Shown here: positions 23,639-34,253 of the stretch, one piece after another
Position numbering within the stretch: position 1 is the stretch's first letter
Layout: the number at the start of each line of letters is the position of its first letter
NCBI GenBank assembly: GCA_048772705.1
Contig: JBLWGC010000051.1
Location: 124,001 to 188,000 of the forward strand
Direction: 5' to 3'
Origin: Leidyana gryllorum EB-2025a
Lineage: Eukaryota; Protista; Apicomplexa
Length of the DNA stretch: 64,000 nt
Made by a program: the position numbers and the translations under genes
The notes under the pieces: model-generated
What the model saw: the letters and a program-made list of their open reading frames with translations, nothing else
Databases searched by the model: none
What the model was told of the DNA's origin: nothing

Positions 23639-25683
23639 TCACGAAACATGAAGGATGCTGGGCTCTAGCTTCTTCAAGAGGTCTTGGCAGGCAGACATTA
23701 GCTCTTGCGCAATACTCTGTTCCTGATTGTGATGTTGTACCTGAGCCAACATATTCAACAGCCAAAATTCGGTACATACTTTGACAAAGTCATCTTCAAA
23801 GGTAGCTGTAAGCAAATCCTGCTGCCCTCGGAAGTACTGGGAAGCATTGCTAAGGAGGCAGATTGTCAGCGCATTACCTGCAGCAGGAAACCCAAGCATT
23901 CTGCTCTGCTCGGTAGAGCGAGCTCTTTCACCAACCAATCGATTTCGATGGTTTTCCAGAGCCGCAGGATTTTCGCCAGAGCTTGTTTGCGCACCCTCAT
24001 CAATAATTGTCCACTGATGTCTGCCTCTATGCACATGGCATCAGTGGTAATGAAGGTGTCACTTCCGCTCAGCAGCTTTCGATGACAGAAATGGCGGGAA
24101 CATAATAGTTACTCCTCACCTTTTGGAGTTCACGCAAGTCATTGTTCTTTACAGTGCGGTTCAACGACACTATGTGGTCGACTTCAGACCTGAATTTCTC
24201 CAGAGACTCAGCCTGACCGGCGTTCAGCAAGGAGTGGGCTTCACGGGTGGTTCTGGGATCGATGTCTGATCCACTCATCACGTTGCAAATCATGACACTC
24301 AGCAGCAGTTCTCGTCCCAATCTGCACTCATTCCAAAGAAGGCATACCTTGAGACCTCACCTGGTGTCACCCACACTGCAGACAGCTTCGAATGCGTCAA
24401 AGAAAGCAGTATACGCTTCACGATATTCTCCACGCACGAAATGGTACTGCGGACAGAAAGGGTGGGCATCAGCGAATGAGATCAGATTACCTTCGCAACA
24501 TAACGTCTGACTCCTATCAACGTTCTTTTCTGTAGAAAGGCGCGCCCTGAAGTCAGACACTTCCCAATCAACTTGGTAGCCCGCATTTTCAAGCCTTGCA
24601 GGTTACAGCGTTCCAAATCGAGCGCGATGATCTGATAGCTTTTCCTCTGCGGTCGTAATTAACGGACTTACTTCCAGCAGATGAGAATCTTCGTTAGGGG
24701 CTGTATGGATGGCTTGCCACAGTATTGGATGAGACAAACCGATATCCCCAGTGATGTGCAGATGCTCATGATCTTGCTGTGAACTCATGACGCCTCGTAA
24801 CCAATCTCGATACAGCGCACCCAGCCAATGCAGTGCTTCATCAACTCTTCGGGCTTGAAGAAGGTAGTTTGTGAGGCGTAAAGCTATTTGCCTCCAGCCA
24901 CTCTGATTTTGTCGTGATTGACCAGGCGTCAGACTCTTACTATCACGTTTCGCTCTTCTGCAGCTCGAGCAGCCGCCTCGTGCGCGTCTACAACGCTTGG
25001 AAATACAGATTTAGAGCTGACGCACCAACAACAATATTAGCAGTTGCGCCTCTCAGGCCACGTGATTCTGCCTCTTCAAAAGCGTCAAGGGCGCCCGTGA
25101 TCGCTCCACTACTTTCCGCCCAAGGAACCTGCATGAGGCTCGACAATGCTGGAGGGAGGGGCACTCGTCTACCGCACCTGATGTGTCACTTCCAGGAGCT
25201 TCCCGAAGTGATTCCAGCGCTCTTGTACACCTGAGCCAGCCGTTAAATCTACACGCCATCCCTACCGAGTACTGGTAGTTTCACCAAGTGTTGTAACGCT
25301 TTCAATTGCCACTTTTGCAAGGCCGGTAGTGACAACGACGGTGTACCCCCCAGTTCGAGTTTAGCATTCAGCATGACCATCAGCTCTTCAAAGCGGGTCG
25401 CAGCCTTACTCAAGATTGTTATACCTCAATCAAATGCCCACTAACCAGGTTCGGATCCCGCAACACTACGTCCTCCGCTTCGTAATACGCATTCTCGATC
25501 TTGAGCTTGTCATTGACTTGGGCTGCTGCCCCTTCGTGTGCCGGACCTCTATTGTCCGCTTCATACGACTCCAACTCTACCAAACGAGTTTGTCATCGCG
25601 CACACCACACGCCTGGGACACACGGGGTGAAGCGACAACTTACCACAATCGTCGTCCTCGAACTCGAATTCGGAGTCCCACAT
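23639..25683 (-). CDS. CSN2: COP9 signalosome subunit 2-like (divergent, multi-exon)
   Basis: Spliced acidic N-terminus MWDSEFEFEDDDCELESYE; KIENAYYEAE (cf. DLENQYYNSK); WQLKALQHLVK (cf. WGFKALKQMIK); GEYREAYTAFFDAF; SGSDIDPRTTREA; KNNDLRELQK. Confidence 0.7.
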
Positions 25684-25762
25684 CGCTCTTTAACGCCGAC
25701 CGCCTGTATGCTTTGAACGTGAGCTTGTGATGGACCGCTTAAGCTAGCTGCATTGGTGCCTG

Positions 25763-27492
25763 ATGTCGTTTTTTCGCAAGTGGTTTGGTCAGCCTCTATG
25801 CTGCTTTCCCTCATGGAAGGTAGCGCGATCGAATTCCCAGCTTCCGTCCAGCTCCCATCTGCCAAATGGTTCGATTACACTAGATGATCACACAGAAGAA
25901 CCTCCCCACGAAGAAATCATCCCTGCAGGCTCCCCTTCCGTTCGCAGCAGCACTATTTCTTGTCTCCCTGACGAATGGCAGCTGTTGCCGGAATCCGAAG
26001 CCCCCCACCTGTGTGTATGGCGCGTCCTAGAAATGAAGAACTCGCTCAACGCCCGGCAACCCAATAGGCAAAGGACTCCTAGCCATCGCTCTGTGGAGTG
26101 GCCGCGATTCGGAGTTACACGATGTACTATTTCATTGGACCGATTACTCCCCGTGAGCGGTAACAGAGGTCGGATTGTCCTCATCTACGGCGCAGCATGA
26201 ATGTTACATTGTGATGGAATGGCCTCCCCACCCCCGAAGTCATGAGCACTGCGTCCACATTTGGTGTGGACCTATGAGCACCTGGAAGCAGAAGATCGTG
26301 GCCTGTGTCAAGGTGAGACGATCCTTTGAGATTTCTGAGCATGGGAATCAACCCTCAGACCGTCGAGTTATGTCGGCATCTTCCGGGTCATACTCGCCAT
26401 ATTTACGAGGAACCAGGTAGAGAAAGTGCCCAATTCCGATCCTACTTCGAATGGCTGCCTCTAATCGCGCGGTCGCCTCTATCCATGCATTCCGCGCTGG
26501 AAAAACACTCGTCGGGCAGTTCACGCTGTTGCGTGGATGTCGGGACGAGCGCCAATCAGGCGGTCAGGCCCCGATTGAGTACACCATGCAGCAGCGGGCG
26601 ATCTTACGCGTCGTTACCCAGCTCAAGACGTAGCTCACGGCGTCAAATTGAGAGTGATGACGAGTTCCGCTCGCAGGTGGCACGAGAGAGGAGATTAGAG
26701 TGCTCTCGGTTATGGTGCGTAGGACGTACGGCCAAGCGTAATCGTTTCATTGAGGTTCAATTGGTGAGGATGTATTCATCGAAAGTCTCAAAAGCTTCTT
26801 AGGTACCGTGTCGATTACAGTCGCTTCGCAGCGACTGCTGTTTCCTTTTGGATAGTATTCCCCCTGGGCAGTACCGAAAGCAGTACAAATGGGTTCTATT
26901 TCTATATGAAGGTAGTGACACCTGTGAGTTGACGCGAACCTATGCGAATTTATCATTTCATCGGATGATGGAGGAGAAAGGGAGAGACAATGTTCTAGCA
27001 GTGCAGAACCTCAGACCAGATCGAACTTTAGCACCAGAGGGGGATGGGGTTCTGCATCAGTGGTTTTGGGAGATTCTGGAGGAAGGCAACGAGTTCTCGC
27101 TCAAACCATCGACCGAGACGTCTCTGGCTGAATCCTCAGCCGCAATTACGGACGAAGAAGACGTTGGCGATTTCCTTGAGAAGTGCACCAGCGCCGAGGG
27201 CGACCCGTTAAGCAGTTTCACAGCCGCTGTCAAACGAGCCCCCAAGGTGGTGGTGCCAACAAGCTCTACCACAACGTCGTCGGGGCGTTCGTACCTTACA
27301 ACAAGCTCACTGAGTCGTATGACGACGACCGGTTCGCCGTCTACGCCTCGAGATCGATCGAACAATCTGCACATTCAGTGTCTGTCAAGTATAGCCTCAA
27401 CTCAGACTTTCAAGAGCACTCGTGGACCAGTCACAGCGACGGTCCACACCCGTGAGTTTGTTGTGACAACGAAAAGTACCGGACTAAGTTGA
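25763..27492 (+). CDS. Gelsolin/villin-family protein with two gelsolin-like repeats (4 exons)
   Basis: G1-like: LCVWRV ... CYIVM ... VHIWCG...VK|TVELCRHLPGHTRHIYEEPGRESAQFRSYF. G2-like: RLWCVGRT..RFIEVQL|VPCRLQSLRSDCCFLLD ... LFLYEGS ... FWEIL. Introns ~26153-26195, 26313-26358, 26764-26802. Confidence 0.75.
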
Positions 27493-27646
27493 GTGGCACA
27501 TATCAGTACTTGTTAAGTTATTATCAAAGCGAACCGAAACCATAATTTTACGCTGATCTGGGGACACCTTCAAGTGTGCGAACGTCTTGCGTCTCTACGC
27601 TTGAGTGAGATTCAGAATATTTTACTATTAAGTGTTTCTATTGACG

Positions 27647-29386
27647 ATGAGGTTAACACTCTTTGGTTTGGGGTGTGTGGTGGCGATTGGTCATGCGACC
27701 AAGACTAAAAATCACAAGGCAACGGACTGCAAGTATTCACTAGAGATCTTACAGGTGCAAGATGGATCAAGCTCATTTGCTGGCGAGATCAACAATATGG
27801 CGAGCTTCATGGCGGAGTTGACCGAGGATCTACGAGACATTTACGGCGAGTTCAAATTCGGAGTCAGTTCATTTGTAGACAAGCCGATTCCCCTTCGTGG
27901 ATACGGTACGTATGGCAACTGGGACTACGCTGTAGACTATTGTTACCGAGACCACGCTCCGCTCACTGAGGAGAACGCGGAAATCATCGCGGGTCTCCGT
28001 GAGCTCGCCAGCAACTTGGGCTCTGGAAACGATTTCCCGGAGAACCCCATGGAAGCGTTAATTTTCGCTGCTGGTGACGAAGCAGCAGGTTGGTCCCCTG
28101 CTGAGGTAACCCATTCCCCGAGTGGTCGTCCAATCGTCCGAATGATAATGTTGGTGACGGACGATATCCCTCATTTCCCCACGGATGCGGAAGACGCAAT
28201 TGCACGTTTCTGGAATTGGCCTAGAAGCTACACCGATCCCAGCAACCCGATGATCAGCTCGGGCGGTTTTGGAGCTCACAATTTCTACAACATACCGAAC
28301 ATGGCCACTGTCAATACGCCTACCGAGGATGATGTCAATGAATATCTGGAAATGGCAGATCTGTTCGCAATATACGACAACGAGGGCGATTTGAGTGCGA
28401 AACAAGCGGATCGTCTGGACACTCTCATTGCCAAGTTCGGGCCCTATCCTTTCCCTGACGTAGTTCCACATCCTGGTGACACTTCTATTCCCGACTGCAC
28501 GAAGACTGAGTATCCGACTATCGAGGCTGTCAGTAAATATCTGAAAGCTCGCAATACAAATCTCATCTTCTTGGTTACTGAGCCCCCTGCTTATGCCAAT
28601 GACATTACCAGAGCATGTCGCGCGATTGGCATGAACGCTGGAGTTGACTGTCTGGTGGAGTTATACAAAGGATACGCGGAGGAAATGGGCATCGCCGCGG
28701 TGGTCGCCTCTATCGATGGTGACAACACTAAGGATCGTATCTTGGAGTCGATTGTGGCGATGACCGACATGATGTGTCTTGCGACAACTCCTGCCCCTGT
28801 TACAACAAGCCCCACGACCACGGAATCGACGACTGAAGAAGAGAAGCCTGGGGTTGCAAGCACTACGGAAGAAGAGAAGCCCGCCCCCCCGACTGCCACT
28901 ACCGAAGAGAAGGCTCCTGCTACCACTGAGGATCACGGGGAAGGTGAACCAACCAGCCCCGAAGGTGCTGTCACTCAACCGGATCATGCCACTTCTGAAG
29001 ACGTTGCGGCCAGTGAGGAAAGTACCAAATCGGGTGGAGACGGCGATGTTTCTACTGAGGAGGGAGGCAACGGGGGTGTGGGCGTGCCAACCACTGAGCC
29101 AACGACGACCGAGGAGGAGGTGATTGTGCCCCCAGTGGTGCCTCCTGTGAACCCTCCCAGTGGAGGTGGTGACTCGAACGGACCCAACGTCGGTGTGATC
29201 ACTGGAGCCGCTGTGGGTGGTGCTGCAGCAGTGGTGATCGGTGGACTTTTGTATGCCAAGTTTGCTACGGGTATCTTTGGCGGTGGTGGCGCTAGCGGAG
29301 CAGCAGCGACTACCCAGGTGGAGACTCCCGAGAACCCTGTTGAGCGAGAGACGGTGGAGGAGGTGACAATGGATATGTTCCAATGA
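27647..29386 (+). CDS. Type I membrane adhesin: integrin-beta I-like vWA domain, Thr/Glu/Pro stalk, TM and acidic TRAP-like tail (intronless)
   Basis: Signal peptide; MIDAS DGSSS; FGVSSFVDKP; SGNDFPE; LVTDDIPH; EYPTI; stalk TTEEEKP repeats; TM VITGAAVGGAAAVVIGGLLY; tail ...ERETVEEVTMDMFQ. Confidence 0.85.
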   Translation: MRLTLFGLGCVVAIGHATKTKNHKATDCKYSLEILQVQDGSSSFAGEINNMASFMAELTEDLRDIYGEFKFGVSSFVDKPIPLRGYGTYGNWDYAVDYCYRDHAPLTEENAEIIAGLRELASNLGSGNDFPENPMEALIFAAGDEAAGWSPAEVTHSPSGRPIVRMIMLVTDDIPHFPTDAEDAIARFWNWPRSYTDPSNPMISSGGFGAHNFYNIPNMATVNTPTEDDVNEYLEMADLFAIYDNEGDLSAKQADRLDTLIAKFGPYPFPDVVPHPGDTSIPDCTKTEYPTIEAVSKYLKARNTNLIFLVTEPPAYANDITRACRAIGMNAGVDCLVELYKGYAEEMGIAAVVASIDGDNTKDRILESIVAMTDMMCLATTPAPVTTSPTTTESTTEEEKPGVASTTEEEKPAPPTATTEEKAPATTEDHGEGEPTSPEGAVTQPDHATSEDVAASEESTKSGGDGDVSTEEGGNGGVGVPTTEPTTTEEEVIVPPVVPPVNPPSGGGDSNGPNVGVITGAAVGGAAAVVIGGLLYAKFATGIFGGGGASGAAATTQVETPENPVERETVEEVTMDMFQ

Positions 29387-29751
29387 GCCGAATGGTGACT
29401 CAATCCCTTGTTCAAGCCTGCGCGAGATTCTGACTAGATCTTATTTACTAGAAGGTTATATTGATGAATGATCCTGCCAGTTGTCCTTACTCTTATGCTC
29501 TATGTTTTTCTAGTCCTTCCCAGCACAGAGCACAGAACGTGCCTAAACGCCTGACTAAAACAATCCCCGATGTTCCCACCTGACGATTCCTACATAGCGT
29601 AATAGACTCGATTCATCATTGATGTGGTGGTGGTGGTGTGGGGGGTGTGGTGTGAGAAGCATCAGGCGGTTTCACTCTCTTTTGGACAGCGAGATGGTCG
29701 AAAAGTGACTTTTTTGCTAGAGACTATTGGGGGTACTGCGGTAGGTTAGAA

Positions 29752-31656
29752 ATGGGGTACCTCCATCAACTCGTGTTTGCTCGCATTTTTACGTACATTA
29801 CTCTGGCGGAAGTACCTCGATTGGCTTTTATCTGTCGAGATGCCCGCGACGCGCTGCAGACAGTGTTCTATTCCACTCACGTCCACTTGGAAGACCGCGA
29901 GCTGAGCATTATACACAAGGCTCCATGGTGGCCGGCGTGGCAGAAACGGTCGGCTCCGATGCTGATCACTTTGGTGCTGCTGGATTCTCGAGAAGCGCAT
30001 TGTGGCGGTGAACGCGGGGGCAATGCTATCGGTACTTTCTTTTACGAGATGTGTCAAATTGGAATGCCCCGCTTAGAGCGGTTAACAATGTCGCACACTT
30101 TTCACGTGGATCGACGGTGGAAGTGCTCACTGCCGTCGCTCGAGTTTCTGAGCATTCGAGCCTGGCGAGGATCACGGTGGACACTGGATGCGCCCAACCT
30201 CAAGACATACGGCGTGGCTCGCGGAAATTTGCTGGACATCGAGCATCAGATAGTGGAGGCCTACACAGATCGAATAGACGAAGACGTCTCAGACCAGCCC
30301 GATGCAGTGATCTTCAATTCCTGTTTCGCCAAAGGTTATATCACGGCGAGCGGCTGGTCGCAACTGATAGCACAGGACCTCAAAGTTACTAAAGAAGAGT
30401 TCTACGAGAACGTGAATGAGATTCTGCTGAAACTGCCGCCCCCGGATCAGCCTCCTACACGGTACAGGACTTGGGAATGGCCCACTTCTGTTGGGTAGGA
30501 ACATCAGGAGCATTTGCGCATTGCCAATCTCTCTCTACACAGCGACAACACGAGGATGACGCATCATCTGAACTTCTGGTGGGAGCGGTACCGTTACTTT
30601 CTGCCCCCAGATGTTCTGCTTGCCCTGATCGACCAGGGAAACCAAGTGAATGTTCACTACTATCCGGGGGAAATGTGCCGTCCATGGACCCAAGCGGCCG
30701 GAGAAGGCGATTTTCGTCGCTTACCCGAGTGGATGGAAGTAGCGCCTATCCCGTGCCAGCGACTTCGCCCATTGCCAGACGAAATCTTCTTCAGATGGAC
30801 ACCGCCCACTAAATGGAGTTCGTACCATCCTGTTGCGACGGCCTTCGAGTCTACCAATCGCTCTCGATCTGATATACTTCGGCTCAAGAACCTCAAGAGA
30901 CTGGAACTCGATTTGGACTCGCCTAGCTATCGAATGGAGTTGAAGGAGCTCTTTCCGGACGGCACGCCGTGGACTTTCGAAGACACTCAAGTTATGCTGA
31001 AAAGCGATCTGCCGACCGGCGCATACAACAGCAAACTATGGAGAGAAGTCATTGTCCAAATGCAAGTTCGCTATTTTGCATTACACAAATGCAGTCGATC
31101 TATTGTATCCGTGTTCTGGGGCTATATTCTCTTTCATTCCATCTGGAAGCAGAGTGGCCGGTGTATTCGGGTTGGATATCCGGTGGTCGCATACTTCCCG
31201 CGCCCTTGGGATCATTTGATTGTGCAGATGTGTGCGGGAAACTATCAAGACTCGGTGGTGACAGATGTCCTGCGAGCAATTGGTGCTCCCGAGGAGAGTA
31301 TCACACGTTATCTACAAGTCAACTCTTATGCGGCCCGAGAAAATATGTGGAAGGATTTTGAGCCGCTGATCAATCGCGTTGCCCACGATACGCTGCCTGT
31401 TGGAAGTCTCAGCGCCTATCGGCTGCGGCGGTTCACCGCATGGTACAAGCAGGTGCAGCAAGCGACCACGAGGGAGGCCTTTGACCGGCTGCCAGCGAAA
31501 AGAGGAGCTTATTTCGTTGGAGGATTGTCCAGTGGAAGCAACTGGCTCGTACACCACGTGGGCAGCTTCAACTGGGAAGAATTGCGCAGATGGAAGCTTC
31601 CCGTTCTGCTACCACTGACCTCCACACTGGATCTACTCGAGCCGCGGCACAAATGA
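29752..31656 (+). CDS. F-box/LRR-like protein, paralogue A (one intron 30495-30542)
   Basis: F-box-like LHQLVFARIFTYITLAEVPRLAFICRD and LRR-like MPRLERL/LPSLEFL/APNLKT. The phase-2 GT-AG intron joins ORFs 29752 and 30514 in frame. Confidence 0.7.
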
Positions 31657-31966
31657 ACCAGCAAAGCCAAGCCATAACATCGTGGAGCCGAGCCGCGGCA
31701 CCAAACCAGTCGTCAGGCTTTCAGCGTTTTGCCGGCGGTCGGTGTCGGGTGCCACAGAGATGTATGGCACCGCACAACCCGGAGATCTCAGCGCTCCTGA
31801 TTGGGTCGTATACTTCAATCGCTCGCTCGCTCGCTCACAAATCCCACCAGTGGCGCGGGCTATAAGGTCAATGTATAGAGAGAGAGCACTGTGTTAGTCA
31901 GTCGTCCCCTGTGAAATCAGGCAGGTACCACCGACCAGGTGGCGGCAAACTGTGGTCGACAGTCAT

Positions 31967-33896
31967 TCAGTCAGTCAGTGGTGGTGATTCATCATCAAAG
32001 AATCTGAAAGGTTGCAGGGTGACTGGCAAACGAACAAAGACGTCCCATTTGCGGAGAGTTCTCCAGTCCCCTCTGGCCATCTGTTTGAGAAACCACGGAC
32101 TATAAGTAAAGAGCGCTCCAATACGTTGCCAGTAATCAGAAAATGGCTCGACGGGGATGGCTTTCGGGTGGGTGGCAGAGACCAAAGCGTCATACCACTG
32201 TGCGAATCGGTTCTTCCGAGCCTCATTCAACAAGCCTACGCCGATTCCAGATTGATGCAAAGACTCCAGATTGCTCTCAATTCGTTTCCAAATCCTTTCT
32301 CTCATTTGGAAATCTCCCAGGCTTAGGTACTCATCACACATTTTGGTTTCCAGTTTAGCTTGTGAGAACAATAGTCGCACTGTGTCATCTGAATAGCGCC
32401 CCTCAACCATTTGCATTAAAACGTCATCCCAAGGGCGCGGGTAGTACTGTATGAGGGCACAGCTGACTCGCACCCTTCTTCCGCACTTCTTCCATATCGC
32501 ATGAAGTAAGAGGTAGCCCCAGAATATGCGGAGTACAGATTCTGGGCAACGGCCCAGGGCAAAGTACTGAACCTTCATCTTGTAGACAAGTGACACCAGT
32601 CGACAGCAGTTATGCGCTTTCCGAGGAAAGACCGACTTCAGGACGACTTCGGTGGTCTCCTCGGACCACGGAACTTCTCCGGGGAAGAAGTCGTGTATAT
32701 CGAACAACGCGCCGCCGTCCGTTAGGCTGATCTCAATTCGCTTCAGGGCTCGGAGACGGGCATCTTCGGATGGAATTCTATAAGCCCGTTCAAAGTATGT
32801 GGTGAGCGGGTGGAAGCTTCTGTTCTTATTTCTCGGTTCCCAGCAGAAATATGAGTCTTCGGTTCGATCTTCAACGTGGTTTGAAGGTGGAAGAGGTACA
32901 ACGTCGACCCAGATTGGCAGACTCGAAAATTCTCGGTTATTTGGCAACTCCAGCCACGCAGCCAACGGTGTATATGGCCGATGAAATATCTCCATCAGAT
33001 ACTGTTGATGTGCAATAATGTTCAATACTCTTTGTGGCATCCTTTCTCGCAACCGCTTCCACCAATGTCTCAGGTACTCTGTCAGTTCTGCGTCTTCCCT
33101 GCAAATATGTACATCAGTGAATCCGATGAAAGGTATAAAGTGGGAAAACTCACTTGGCACTGTTTGGCCACCTGTGAGAGCGCCATCTGCCACGCTCTGC
33201 AGGAGGCGGGGGCAATTCACTGCCTATTATCTCGGCCTCGTCCAACAGGTCTTCTTGCGTTAGGCCCACAGTATATTCGCGAAGATTATGACAATAATGG
33301 ATACCCATATACCCCTTTGGGAAGTATGGGTCGAAGATGACAGCGTCTGGGGGGTTGAAGTGTTCTCCAACAAAGTTGTCTTCGTACTTGTTACGAATAT
33401 CAATGTCAATGTCATATAAATTGCCACGCGTCACCCCATACGTAAGAAGCTTGGGTGCATTCAAGTTCCAGACCGAACCGTGCCAATTATGGATGGTCAG
33501 ATAGACTAGGGAAGGTAAATCGGCATCCCATCGGCACGACATATAGCGAGCATCCGACAAAACCAGACTTTCGAGTCTCGGCATACCCAGCTCACACATT
33601 TCATGGAAGAAAGTACCAATGTGATTAGCTTCTTGGGCCCGGCTTGTTCGCTTTTCGGCCCAATCTTCCAATGACATGGCAACCACCATGGCAGCTGATC
33701 GTCGTTTCCAGGCCTTCCACCATGACGCTTGGTGCAAAAGGGATAATTGACATTCCAATAGCGTTATAGTTCGCGAGAAAAATACATTATGCAAAGACTC
33801 ACGAGCATCCCTTGATAATGATGTCAGGGTAGTGAGCTCGCTCAGTTCAAGGTACTGAAAAACGTCAGCCCATGCCAACTGCTTGAGATAACCCAT
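31967..33896 (-). CDS. F-box/LRR-like protein, paralogue B (one intron 33153-33099)
   Basis: Collinear paralogue of 29752-31656 (IGTFF.EMC..GMPRLE, PDAVIF, V.YFAL..C, FWGY.L.H.IWK, PRPWD) with an intron at the homologous position. Confidence 0.7.
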
Positions 33897-34253
33897 TACC
33901 GAAATAGCACTCTACAACAAACAACGATATTCCACACTCCCAAACACACCTCTGGCTTGTGCAGCCAGAATGGAATCTACAGTAGTGACAGTCAACACAA
34001 TGATAAATGACCTGTGAACGAGGCTCACTCAAATTGGAGAGAGGCTTTCTTGTAGCAGCAAAGTCGGCTGCAGCCAGGGCTGCCGAATTGGGTCTCGGGC
34101 TGCCGGTGGCGTGTCTGTGCGCTGTAGATTAGGTGGAGACGGCTCTTGACTGTGTGCGACACCCTAAAACAAATCGTACCCTACAAATGTCGTCTTAATT
34201 TCTAACCAACTCATCGACAACTTAGTTTTCTCTCTCTTTCACGTCGACAAAAG

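Noticed and set aside
29623-29654. GT-rich tract (GTG repeats plus a G-run) as a G-quadruplex or telomeric remnant
   Set aside because: Only one run of three or more G; it is a simple microsatellite-like sequence with no supporting evidence.
30496-30498. In-frame TAG between ORFs 29752 and 30514, suggesting stop readthrough, recoding or a two-gene operon
   Set aside because: A GT-AG intron (30495-30542) removes it, and the paralogue has an unambiguous intron at the same codon position.
29752-33896. Inverted arrangement suggestive of a transposon or toxin-antitoxin cassette
   Set aside because: No terminal inverted repeats, target-site duplication or transposase/RT motifs; the similarity is protein-level paralogy.
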